Part shown: piece after piece, positions 12,908 through 21,544 of the stretch | How positions within the stretch are numbered: position 1 is the first letter of the stretch | Layout of the letters: the number at the start of each line of letters is the position of its first letter | IMG/VR virus record: IMGVR_UViG_3300005821_000002 | Location: 32,487 to 96,486 of that record | Reading direction: 5' to 3' (one strand) | Origin: a virus | DNA length: 64,000 bases | Position numbers and translations under genes: made by a program | Notes under the pieces: model-generated | Seen by the model: the letters and a program-made list of their open reading frames with translations, nothing else | Databases searched by the model: none | Told to the model about the DNA's origin: nothing

Positions 12908-13453
12908 TTATACCTCTTTTTTGATTAGATTTTCTTCTACGAACTTCCTTGCCTTTTCTTTCAATATCTGAGCAGTACTATCATTTTGTACAATTACGTT
13001 ATAATACTCATCATTTTCTGGTAATGATGTTTCACTAACATCATTATACAAAGGGCTGTTCAATAATGTATGGTATTGTCTCGGTCTACGTACTCTAACT
13101 GTAATGGTGGGCCAAAAGTGCTCTTGAAGATATAAGCCTTCATTTGGAAATCGCCAATCGTCAATAAAAACATACTCGAATTCCGCTGGATGTTGATCTA
13201 TAAATTCAACTGTATGTCTTGCCCATAGATCAATATCATATAGACGTCCAGTATTGCCAATCTCTTGCAACAGCTTTCTGCCCTTATCATCCTTCTCTCC
13301 ATCCCACCCCATAAAGAAGGCAGTATCTTTCACCATCCTTGCAAAAGGTACAATAGCAGAACTAATTTTATGATCTGCAACCAGAACATCTTGACAATAT
13401 TTAGCAAAGGTAGTTTTACCCTCTCCTGCCCTTCCCGAAACCAATGTTATCAT
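12908..13453 (-). CDS. deoxynucleoside monophosphate kinase
   Basis: GRAGEGKT P-loop, FARMVK, RKLLQEIG, DDWRFPNE, SET. Confidence 0.85.
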   Translation of the reverse strand: MITLVSGRAGEGKTTFAKYCQDVLVADHKISSAIVPFARMVKDTAFFMGWDGEKDDKGRKLLQEIGNTGRLYDIDLWARHTVEFIDQHPAEFEYVFIDDWRFPNEGLYLQEHFWPTITVRVRRPRQYHTLLNSPLYNDVSETSLPENDEYYNVIVQNDSTAQILKEKARKFVEENLIKKEV

Positions 13454-13719
13454 ACTCTAATACCCTTCGCTGGTACTGCATCATCATCAGTGTTATCTTC
13501 TAATTCTTCACTGTCTACAATGTCACCTTGAGTCACGAAGGTAGCTGTGGCTGTTCCCTTTTCGTGAATAGCAGCCTCGATGAAACTACGTTGGTCACCA
13601 AGCCAATCAGCAACAAAATCACTGCTTGTCTTAGCAATAGCATCATCTACAGTCATCTCTTCCTCAAGGAGGTAGTCAGCCCATTCCTCAAAAGAACGGC
13701 TATAACTAGGCATACGCAT
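13450..13719 (-). CDS. hypothetical acidic protein
   Basis: AGGAGG RBS; ATGA overlap. Confidence 0.6.
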   Translation of the reverse strand: MRMPSYSRSFEEWADYLLEEEMTVDDAIAKTSSDFVADWLGDQRSFIEAAIHEKGTATATFVTQGDIVDSEELEDNTDDDAVPAKGIRV

Positions 13720-13729
13720 AGCTTTCCTC

Positions 13730-13939
13730 CTATTCTGTATTTGCTTGTTCTAAAATTCCACGTAATGTTTTCTGATGTATAAATCCATTAGTTACCATAA
13801 AATTTAACATGGTAATAAACCCTTCTTTACCAATAATAATTGAATCTGGTGTAGTGATAAAGAACCTAGAGTCTGTACTCTTTCGAATAACTAAAGTATT
13901 TGAACCACCTAAAGTCAATACGCTTAATTTGTTTTCCAT
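13730..13939 (-). CDS. hypothetical protein
   Basis: Packed ORF. Confidence 0.6.
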   Translation of the reverse strand: MENKLSVLTLGGSNTLVIRKSTDSRFFITTPDSIIIGKEGFITMLNFMVTNGFIHQKTLRGILEQANTE

Positions 13940-14316
13940 TACATTATCTTCCCACCCTCTATTATACCGCCTTTATCTACTTTGTGTTGATTCAACATAT
14001 AGCGTAACCGTGCCAGAATCTCCCTATTATTCAACCCTCCAGCCACACCCATCATAGCAGTAGCTAGGGCTGTATCATAATCCTGATCCATCGTAGCAAC
14101 AGGTACTGTGATTGATGCCCAATCCATACCGTTCAATGACATAGAAAAGACGGCTTCAGCAGTTATACTCCACATTCCATCAGTATTCTTAGAACCCAGA
14201 ATAGAGAAATCCACCTTATGTCCAATAATATCATCAAAATCGAACTCTTGGTCCATTATCTTGTCTAGTTCTTCCTTGTTTATATACTCGTCCTGATCCA
14301 TTTTGAGTGACTCCAT
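13939..14316 (-). CDS. hypothetical protein
   Basis: Packed ORF. Confidence 0.55.
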   Translation of the reverse strand: MESLKMDQDEYINKEELDKIMDQEFDFDDIIGHKVDFSILGSKNTDGMWSITAEAVFSMSLNGMDWASITVPVATMDQDYDTALATAMMGVAGGLNNREILARLRYMLNQHKVDKGGIIEGGKIM

Positions 14317-14918
14317 AGTAGGTCATGCAACCTTTCAAGAATTATGACATCTTCTCGGTTATGGTGTAGAAGCTCTTTCATAGCCGCTGGATCACCATAC
14401 TGCGCCTTAAATAACATCTGAGGTTCAAGGTGTGTCTTACCTTCAATACCAAAGAATTTAGTAACTACCTCTAAAGATTTACGATGAGTCTTTATCTTAC
14501 TTCTTACCTTGTAAAATAAGTCCCAATGGTGAATAGTTCCAAAAGCTGGGAACACTAAACCATGATACAAAGCACGTGTCCGTACAAACGGAATGTCATA
14601 ACCAGTACCATAATATGTAACCAAAATATCTACATTCTTTAGTTCTTCCATCAACTCTTCATTAATACGCTTATCAAATTTGTAATCAAAAATTTCTTTC
14701 TTAGTGATAGCACCTTCTCTAATCTTGTTATCACCACGATACTTTATACACCATGAGAGCATCATCCCCCAATTGGCAGTAAGATCGGATGCTTCTATAT
14801 CGAAGTAAGCAATCCGTTTATCATGCCACCAATCGTCTCGTTTGATTAAACCAGTACGAAAACAATTAGGATGTGTCTTTATAGTGTGGCGATGAATACA
14901 CCTTAGTTCTTTACTCAT
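14280..14918 (-). CDS. DnaQ/RNase H-like 3'-5' exonuclease
   Basis: FDIE...VTYYGTGYDIPF...HNREDV. Confidence 0.85.
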   Translation of the reverse strand: MSKELRCIHRHTIKTHPNCFRTGLIKRDDWWHDKRIAYFDIEASDLTANWGMMLSWCIKYRGDNKIREGAITKKEIFDYKFDKRINEELMEELKNVDILVTYYGTGYDIPFVRTRALYHGLVFPAFGTIHHWDLFYKVRSKIKTHRKSLEVVTKFFGIEGKTHLEPQMLFKAQYGDPAAMKELLHHNREDVIILERLHDLLWSHSKWIRTSI

Positions 14919-15067
14919 CTGTTGATTTTCTCCTCTTCTTTAGTTTAGTGGCGTTGACATGTTGTTTTGTATCGCCATTAGTTTTGTCTGCTAAGGCACA
15001 ATTGTTACAAATGTCAAACTCACGTCCTTCCTTTAACAGACAATTACAATTATAACAGTACTGCCTT

Positions 15068-15460
15068 TTATTCATTTTTGTTAATCCTTGCAATTCCTTT
15101 TCTAAACATTTTCTCCATATCCTCTTCGGAGAGAGGTTCAATCCTTCCTATACGCTCAAGAAAAGCACTATCTGTTAGCTCTCCTCCTAGTATAAAAGAT
15201 ATACGATCTGTGACATCTTTAAATATCTGTGAAACTGTTAATCGGTGAATACTCAATACTCTTGCTATTTCTGAGTAACTATATCCAGCAGATACAGACC
15301 ATATGACATCATTTTCTCTTTGGGTAATGGTGTTATTCTCGACCATATCTGATATTGTTTTCTCTATTATTATAGCATTATTATATGAGTCGCTGTTGAT
15401 ATTACCCCTTTCCTTTATATAGTGTATCTGTCTTATGTATTCTCCGATAATCCAACTCAT
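15068..15460 (-). CDS. helix-turn-helix protein (sigma70 region 4-like)
   Basis: GYSYSEIARVLSIHRLTV. Confidence 0.7.
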   Translation of the reverse strand: MSWIIGEYIRQIHYIKERGNINSDSYNNAIIIEKTISDMVENNTITQRENDVIWSVSAGYSYSEIARVLSIHRLTVSQIFKDVTDRISFILGGELTDSAFLERIGRIEPLSEEDMEKMFRKGIARINKNE

Positions 15461-15461
15461 C

Positions 15462-16196
15462 TTAATATTCCAGACCTATTCCCACTTCCATCTCTCCGTA
15501 ACAAAAGTCACGATAGAAACAGTTTCTACAATTATAACCAGTAACACGATGAAAATATTCATCCTTTAAATTACTAACAACACGATCAATAGTACTTGCC
15601 AAATCATTTCTCATGTAATCATTTAATGGAACAGGAATAATATCACCAGTATTCAAATGTCCATAACAAACCGTTGGACGTTCACCATACATTTTCTCAT
15701 AAGCCCAACTGTACAGATAAAATTGAAAATCCTGTAATTGATACTTAGTTGGTCTACGAGCACCTGTCTTCCAATCATATACATTTGAACCCGATATTTT
15801 ATCAATCTTACCTAAAATAACTACGTTATTTAATGAGGTCTGTTCCCAAGGCAATTCAAAGAAAAGTTCTGTCTTCTGTGGTTCCTCGGTTGAAAATTCA
15901 GGCACAATCTTAGTGTAGTAATTACCCAACATCTTGGTGAAGCTCTTGGGAGGTTTGGGCACCTGTTTGATTTCTGCAAATTCATATTCAGGTGTCATTC
16001 TCTCTGCCCATTGAGCTACTGACCATTTTACAGCATCCTTACCATTATCGAACTCTTCAATAGCCTCATGTACAATACTACCAAACACTACATGATTGGA
16101 TAGCTTGGCTTTACCTTTATGAAACGTACGATAATAAAATCTTTTCGGACATTCCAAATAATCCTTGATTGATGAGGCACTTAGTCTAAGTTTCAT
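15462..16196 (-). CDS. PD-(D/E)XK RecB/Cas4-like exonuclease
   Basis: LSASS...CP...GSIVH...GKID...DWKTG...QFYLY...CxxCxYxxxC. Confidence 0.9.
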   Translation of the reverse strand: MKLRLSASSIKDYLECPKRFYYRTFHKGKAKLSNHVVFGSIVHEAIEEFDNGKDAVKWSVAQWAERMTPEYEFAEIKQVPKPPKSFTKMLGNYYTKIVPEFSTEEPQKTELFFELPWEQTSLNNVVILGKIDKISGSNVYDWKTGARRPTKYQLQDFQFYLYSWAYEKMYGERPTVCYGHLNTGDIIPVPLNDYMRNDLASTIDRVVSNLKDEYFHRVTGYNCRNCFYRDFCYGEMEVGIGLEY

Positions 16197-16570
16197 GATC
16201 CCTCGAAATAACTTCCACGAAGATTAGCACTCTCTGTTCTCCATACATCAATCATAGAACGATATACATCGAACAATAGTTCAAGCTCACGTAATCTTCC
16301 TTCATTTTCTGCTAATCTAGAGTGAAGTAATTCTAACTCCTCTCCCTGATCTTTTGTTAGTCCCAGCACATGGTAATTTGCTTTGATATATGCCATGCTG
16401 GGTGGCTTATCTGATACATAGTAAGTAGGATCAGTAGAAGCCATCTCTGTGATGTATGCTTGAAGTCTACCAAGCTTTGCCTTATCTATGGCAATAGTTC
16501 TTTTTAGAGTACCTATCTCTCCGGTGATTCCAATCATATCATCGAAATCAGGTAGTTTAACCTCGTCCAT
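16193..16570 (-). CDS. hypothetical protein (possibly UvsY-like)
   Basis: Helical, C-terminal WRTESANLR; replication context. Confidence 0.45.
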   Translation of the reverse strand: MDEVKLPDFDDMIGITGEIGTLKRTIAIDKAKLGRLQAYITEMASTDPTYYVSDKPPSMAYIKANYHVLGLTKDQGEELELLHSRLAENEGRLRELELLFDVYRSMIDVWRTESANLRGSYFEGS

Positions 16571-16799
16571 CAGCTTGTCCTTTCCACATAGGGCTATCCA
16601 TATCGTTGTATTCTTGCATCAGTTGAGAAAATAACTCTACTGTTATAGCCGCGGACATCCCACTGTGACCTTGCTTGGCAAATGTATCAGACAGTTCCAT
16701 AATAGCTTCACCTAGCATACCATCATAATCACTATCTTCGTCAAACATTCCTAACTCAGTTAACCTCTTCTCAAATAATTTATGCCTCTCACTTACCAT
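16557..16799 (-). CDS. conserved phage hypothetical protein
   Basis: FAKQGHSGMSA motif. Confidence 0.6.
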   Translation of the reverse strand: MVSERHKLFEKRLTELGMFDEDSDYDGMLGEAIMELSDTFAKQGHSGMSAAITVELFSQLMQEYNDMDSPMWKGQADGRG

Positions 16800-17241
16800 C
16801 TACTTCCTCCTCTCGTAGAAACCTTTCTAAATCAAAGTATTTCTCTATATTCTGTATAACCATCTCGTATGTCTCATGTGTTAACGGTGTAGCCAAGAAA
16901 TCATTCATATGATTATATAACATATCTGCTGTAGTGTCTCTATTATACATCAAAATCGCATTAAAGTCAAGGGTCTCTTTTAGAGGCTCCACACCCCATG
17001 TGAGGGCAACCTTTCGTATTGCCTTACTCGGTATTCCAGTCATACGGTGTATAGCTGAAACGTTATAGCCTTGAGCTATGTACTTTATAATATCTATGTC
17101 TGCTCTCAGAGTTAACAGATAAGAAGGAATACGTTCCTTTAATAAGGAAGTGAATGCATCCCATAAAGATACATCATGACGGCTTTCTCTCAACCGATCC
17201 CACTCTTCCATTATAGACTCAGAGAGTACAGTTTTAGCCAT
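16789..17241 (-). CDS. putative HTH protein
   Basis: GYNVSAIHRMTGIPSKAIR. Confidence 0.55.
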   Translation of the reverse strand: MAKTVLSESIMEEWDRLRESRHDVSLWDAFTSLLKERIPSYLLTLRADIDIIKYIAQGYNVSAIHRMTGIPSKAIRKVALTWGVEPLKETLDFNAILMYNRDTTADMLYNHMNDFLATPLTHETYEMVIQNIEKYFDLERFLREEEVDGK

Positions 17242-17671
17242 TACTATTCAACCTCTCATGTAACACACGTAACTCATTATGCATCTCAGCCATCTCTGTC
17301 ATGAGTTCGTCCCACGCCTCAAAGTCAAGACATATGATGTGCTTTACACCAGTTCTTGATTTTTCAAACTTCAATACCACGGCTGGAAGTGCTCCATAGT
17401 TTTTCTCAGCTATCTCACGAATACCATCAAACCATGCTTTTTCTATTTTCATTTGCTTTCCGCCGTACCCAACTTTACACTCACCCACAATACCCTTATC
17501 CATGTGTTCATACTTACCAGAGATATCAGGCATGAGTACTGGCATATTTAATATTGTTCCAAGAGCACCAGACATAGCTATTCTACGCCACACATCTGGA
17601 AACTGCTCATTCAATAACTTTACAGAATCTCTCTCCCACCGTGTACCTTTTATTTTCTGTGGGTTAGGCAT
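17234..17671 (-). CDS. Holliday junction resolvase (Hjc-like PD-(D/E)XK)
   Basis: KGTRWER...SGA...PDI...ECK. Confidence 0.8.
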   Translation of the reverse strand: MPNPQKIKGTRWERDSVKLLNEQFPDVWRRIAMSGALGTILNMPVLMPDISGKYEHMDKGIVGECKVGYGGKQMKIEKAWFDGIREIAEKNYGALPAVVLKFEKSRTGVKHIICLDFEAWDELMTEMAEMHNELRVLHERLNSNG

Positions 17672-18990
17672 TATACAAAACTCTCCTCATCCCAACTATC
17701 TAATTTATTATCTGTGATATTTACTGTTGGTCCATCAAATCTCAGTAACGCTATACCAGTTGGTCCATTCCTAGATTTTCTAATCAAAAATTCAAGTGTC
17801 CCTGCAGCTGGTGAGTTAGGAAAATACATCTCATCCCTATACAACCCAATCATAATGTCAGCATCCTCTTCCATATTACCACTCTGGCGTAGGTCTGACA
17901 TCCTGGGTCGCATATCCTCTCTCTTTTCAACTTCACGATTTAACTGTGACAAAATTATAATTGTTATACCCAACTCATTAGCTAATAGCTTGAACGCACG
18001 TGATGCAGCACCGAGTAAATGAACTGATTCAGTTGTTCTATCTACTATCAATTGAATGTAATCAATTCCAACTACTTTTATATCGTATAGCTGATGGTAT
18101 TTACGTATCATAGCTACTATATAATCTACACCTTGTGTAAAATTATTATCTATATAAATTGGTAATTTCTCTACAACTTTCTCAGCCCTTTGTAATGGAC
18201 CAATTTGTTCCTCACTTAAAGTACCCAAACGTATATCTTGTAATGGTACTTGACTAACTATAGATAAAATTCTCTCGTTAATATCATCAGCACTCATTTC
18301 TCTATTAAAGAGTAAGATACCGTTACCCTTCTTGGCGACATTTAATGCTGTCTTTAATAATAACGCTGATTTACCATGTCCGGGCCGAGAACCAATGTAC
18401 CACACTTCACCAGGATTAAATCCGGTTGTAAAATTATCAACTTCTCCCATTCCAGTAGAAATACCCCGTATTCCTGGGTTCTTTCTTCTTTCTAAAATCT
18501 TTAGAATAGTATCAGCAACAGTCTCACTTAATTTAGATACATCTGCTGAAGTTATACCACTCACCATGTTTTCTAACGCAGTATGAAGCTTCGAAATTGT
18601 TTCATTTACAGTACTACTATTTTCAAGTATGTCAGGTATGCTTGCATTTATTTCTAATAATCTACGTGTCTTGTAATCATTCTGTACTTGATTTACAAAC
18701 ATCGCCATATTTTTTACTGGTTGTCTTAAATCCATCAAGACGGTAAGATATGACTCACCGCCTGCTTTTTGTAATTGATTCCTATCTCTAAGCATCTGTC
18801 CAACAATAGCAGGATTTGGTTCTAATCCCTGTAATGAACATTCATGGATAACAGAATAGATAATCCTTTCTGCATCCATGTCAAACATTTCAGGTTTTAA
18901 ATCTTTTGCATAATTATAAACTTCATAACCATTAGCTAAAAAAGTACCCAATACTGCTGAACGTGGACTAAAGGTGTTGATATTCTCCAA
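17671..18990 (-). CDS. dnaB: replicative DNA helicase DnaB
   Basis: SRPGHGKS, IDYIQLI, LSQLNR, SDLRQSGNMEEDAD, KSRNGPTG. Confidence 0.95.
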   Translation of the reverse strand: MENINTFSPRSAVLGTFLANGYEVYNYAKDLKPEMFDMDAERIIYSVIHECSLQGLEPNPAIVGQMLRDRNQLQKAGGESYLTVLMDLRQPVKNMAMFVNQVQNDYKTRRLLEINASIPDILENSSTVNETISKLHTALENMVSGITSADVSKLSETVADTILKILERRKNPGIRGISTGMGEVDNFTTGFNPGEVWYIGSRPGHGKSALLLKTALNVAKKGNGILLFNREMSADDINERILSIVSQVPLQDIRLGTLSEEQIGPLQRAEKVVEKLPIYIDNNFTQGVDYIVAMIRKYHQLYDIKVVGIDYIQLIVDRTTESVHLLGAASRAFKLLANELGITIIILSQLNREVEKREDMRPRMSDLRQSGNMEEDADIMIGLYRDEMYFPNSPAAGTLEFLIRKSRNGPTGIALLRFDGPTVNITDNKLDSWDEESFV

Positions 18991-19021
18991 TGTGTATTCT
19001 CCCTGGTATGGATTCTTTAAA

Positions 19022-19104
19022 GGTGGATGGGGAGGGATCGAACCTCGGCTTCTTCTATGCTAGCAACGTACTATAGCATCTAATAGTCACCAGACTAACC
19101 ATCC
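19022..19104 (-). ncRNA. tRNA-like element with aberrant D and anticodon arms
   Basis: GGATGG/CCATCC acceptor, GAGG-TTCGATC-CCTC T-arm, ends ACC-T; no 7-nt anticodon loop. Confidence 0.6.
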
Positions 19105-19109
19105 AAGTG

Positions 19110-19132
19110 AAAGAGGGGGCTTACGCCCCCTC
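19110..19132 (-). terminator. terminator hairpin after SSB gene
   Basis: GAGGGGGC-GTAA-GCCCCCTC-TTT. Confidence 0.75.
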
Positions 19133-19135
19133 AAT

Positions 19136-19939
19136 CTAGTTAGGGAAGAGTGTTTCAATGCTGGCTTTTACTTCATCACCAACGACTGCTTCTTCTTCCA
19201 CAAGAATATCTGATTCTTCTTCATCTCTACGTTGTTCAAAAATGTCACGTAAAGAAACACCATTTACCAATTTAGTAATCTCTTCAGGAGACAGACGAAT
19301 ACCAATTGTTTCAAGTGCATACTTGTCTTCTTCAGGTACAACTACTTCATCATCGTTATTAGGATACGGAATGACATTTGTAGTCATTTTACGTCCGTGT
19401 CCTGTTGCCATAACAACGATATCATAAGCTGTCAATGGGCGAGGATTACCCGCCTCATCAGTAACCTGAGACATGATTGCGTTTAACTGAGAGAACAGCG
19501 TAGGCCCTCTCTCCATAATCTCAACTCTATCAAGAGCTTCTGGTTGAACATCTACAAGAAGTTCTCCAGTATTAGGATCATGTGAAGGAAACTGACCACC
19601 CTTAGATTGAATTACATTTCCACTAGGTGACCGTTTTACAAGTGTACGATTTAGTACGTTTACAAGGTAACGATTTTGTCTAAAAATCAGTCCTTTGATT
19701 TGTCGTGGACTTACATCAGGATTTGCTTTTATTAGTTTTTGATTATTAATACAAATTGGGCAAACATCATCACCCAAACAAAGAATACTTACCTTCTGAT
19801 TAGGAAGAAAGTGCTTCTCTGTATGCAAAGCTTTCTTGTCCAAAATCCGCAAGCGTAAAGGAACGCCTGCTTCTATCTTTACGAACTGATTTGGTTTGAA
19901 CTCTCGTCCACCCTCTTCGGGAATATCTGCGAATGACAT
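19136..19939 (-). CDS. single-stranded DNA-binding protein (T4 gp32-like)
   Basis: LRIL...H...C...CPIC...RYLVNV...YDI; acidic C-tail; next to dnaB. Confidence 0.75.
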   Translation of the reverse strand: MSFADIPEEGGREFKPNQFVKIEAGVPLRLRILDKKALHTEKHFLPNQKVSILCLGDDVCPICINNQKLIKANPDVSPRQIKGLIFRQNRYLVNVLNRTLVKRSPSGNVIQSKGGQFPSHDPNTGELLVDVQPEALDRVEIMERGPTLFSQLNAIMSQVTDEAGNPRPLTAYDIVVMATGHGRKMTTNVIPYPNNDDEVVVPEEDKYALETIGIRLSPEEITKLVNGVSLRDIFEQRRDEEESDILVEEEAVVGDEVKASIETLFPN

Positions 19940-19940
19940 T

Positions 19941-20234
19941 TTATGCCTCCGTCTTACCGTTTAATAACGTTTTAATGGATTTGATCGTGTCTTGTCTAAT
20001 TTTCTCTAGTTCTTCTACTCCCCGATCCTCCGCATTCAGCGGAATATCTTCCATGATTTTCAAGTACCTGCGAAATGAAACTTCTACGCTAAGTAATTGA
20101 AGGTATTTGATTTGCCCCACCAAGTCAACATCAAACATGAGTTCCTCTGGAACCTCAACAATGATGTCATCGAATGTGATATTTTTATAATCACCTAGTG
20201 AGTATAATCTCTTTACTCCTATTTCTCTATTCAT
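19941..20234 (-). CDS. hypothetical protein
   Basis: Packed ORF (SLGDYKNI). Confidence 0.6.
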   Translation of the reverse strand: MNREIGVKRLYSLGDYKNITFDDIIVEVPEELMFDVDLVGQIKYLQLLSVEVSFRRYLKIMEDIPLNAEDRGVEELEKIRQDTIKSIKTLLNGKTEA

Positions 20235-20541
20235 CTTCTTCTCCTTTCCTAACCTTTAGGGCAAGTGCATACAAATATACATCAAAGAATGCGTGTTGCC
20301 ACAAATCTTTAGTTCCTTTATCCAGTATCAACGTTGCAAACATGCTTTCATATTTCTCTATAATAGGCTGTTCTATAATAGTCTCAACATTCATACTCTT
20401 TACAATCTCGTCTAGGTCCACTCCTATTACCATATTACCATCTTCATCTACATTAAACCGTGCCACCGCTGAATCTTCCTTCTCGGTTTCCGTTACTGTT
20501 ACATTACTTACCTTTATCTTCTTCTTTTTTCTTTTTGTCAT
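20227..20541 (-). CDS. hypothetical protein
   Basis: GAGGAGG RBS; own promoter within recA. Confidence 0.6.
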   Translation of the reverse strand: MTKRKKKKIKVSNVTVTETEKEDSAVARFNVDEDGNMVIGVDLDEIVKSMNVETIIEQPIIEKYESMFATLILDKGTKDLWQHAFFDVYLYALALKVRKGEEDE

Positions 20542-21544
20542 TTTTTGGTTTTACCTCCTCTTGTGTAATTTTCGCACCAGTTATATTATAACACATTTCT
20601 ACGATTTTGTCAAGTAGTTTCTGGTCCTTAGCTAGAGCACGTGATGTATTAGTAACTCCTGGTTTACTACCAATTGTCTCATCTTCAAAAGCAAAATAGG
20701 AACCACGATTTTTGATAACTCCCAACAGTGATGCAAAACTAATTACATCACGGTAGTAATCAACACCCTTACCATAGATAATGTTAGTTGTAGCCTGTCT
20801 AAACGGAATACCTACCTTGTTCTTTTTGATCACGAAGTTTACAAAATTACCGATTACCTTATCGTGCTCCTCAATATCCTTACTCTTGGACATGTAGATA
20901 CGCACAGATGTATAGTGCTTCAACGCATAGCCAGCAGGTGTAGTGTACCCACCAAAATAACTACCAATGTTAGCACGTACCTGATTGGTATAGATAAAAG
21001 CTATCTCCTTCTTACGTATCTCATATGCCACCTTACGTAGAAACTTTGATGTGATGCGGGGTGCAAGACCAACCTGCATCTTGTCCATACCCTTGTCAAG
21101 CTCTTCTTGTGGTGATAGTGCGGCTACCGAGTCAAATAGAATACAAGTAAAACCTCCTTCAATGCCTGCCATAGCAATTTCAAATGAAGACTCAGCACTC
21201 TGTGGTTGTACGAAAATAGGGTTGTCTTCCTTTAATAACTTACCTAGAATCTCTTCTGCATAAGCATAGTCAAGACCGTTCTCTGTATCAATATAAAGTA
21301 CCTTCTCACCTGTCAACAGTGCTTGTTTGGCTATATTTAATAGGAGAGTAGTCTTACCACCACCTTCAGGTCCATAAATTTCAGTGAAACGTCCTTTGGG
21401 TACTCCACCTATTCCTGTCGAAACATCTATAGATAAAGAGCCAGTAGAAATAGCTGGTATACCGCCTTCATATTTTCTCAATACAATATCATCACCAAAC
21501 TCATCCAATACCTTATCCAAAAAACTTTCTACTCGTTTTGCCAT
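20504..21544 (-). CDS. recA: RecA recombinase
   Basis: ISTGSLSID, GPEGGGKTT, DSVAAL, NQVR, KKNKVG. Confidence 0.96.
   Translation of the reverse strand: MAKRVESFLDKVLDEFGDDIVLRKYEGGIPAISTGSLSIDVSTGIGGVPKGRFTEIYGPEGGGKTTLLLNIAKQALLTGEKVLYIDTENGLDYAYAEEILGKLLKEDNPIFVQPQSAESSFEIAMAGIEGGFTCILFDSVAALSPQEELDKGMDKMQVGLAPRITSKFLRKVAYEIRKKEIAFIYTNQVRANIGSYFGGYTTPAGYALKHYTSVRIYMSKSKDIEEHDKVIGNFVNFVIKKNKVGIPFRQATTNIIYGKGVDYYRDVISFASLLGVIKNRGSYFAFEDETIGSKPGVTNTSRALAKDQKLLDKIVEMCYNITGAKITQEEVKPKNDKKKKEEDKGK
20585..20613 (-). promoter_or_regulatory. consensus sigma70 promoter embedded in recA 3' end
   Basis: TTGACAAAATCGTAGAAATGTGTTATAAT (17-nt spacer). Confidence 0.85.

Noticed and set aside
15462-16196. 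CRISPR-Cas system suggested by the Cas4-like nuclease
   Set aside because: No repeat-spacer array or other cas genes; the gene sits in a replication/recombination module.
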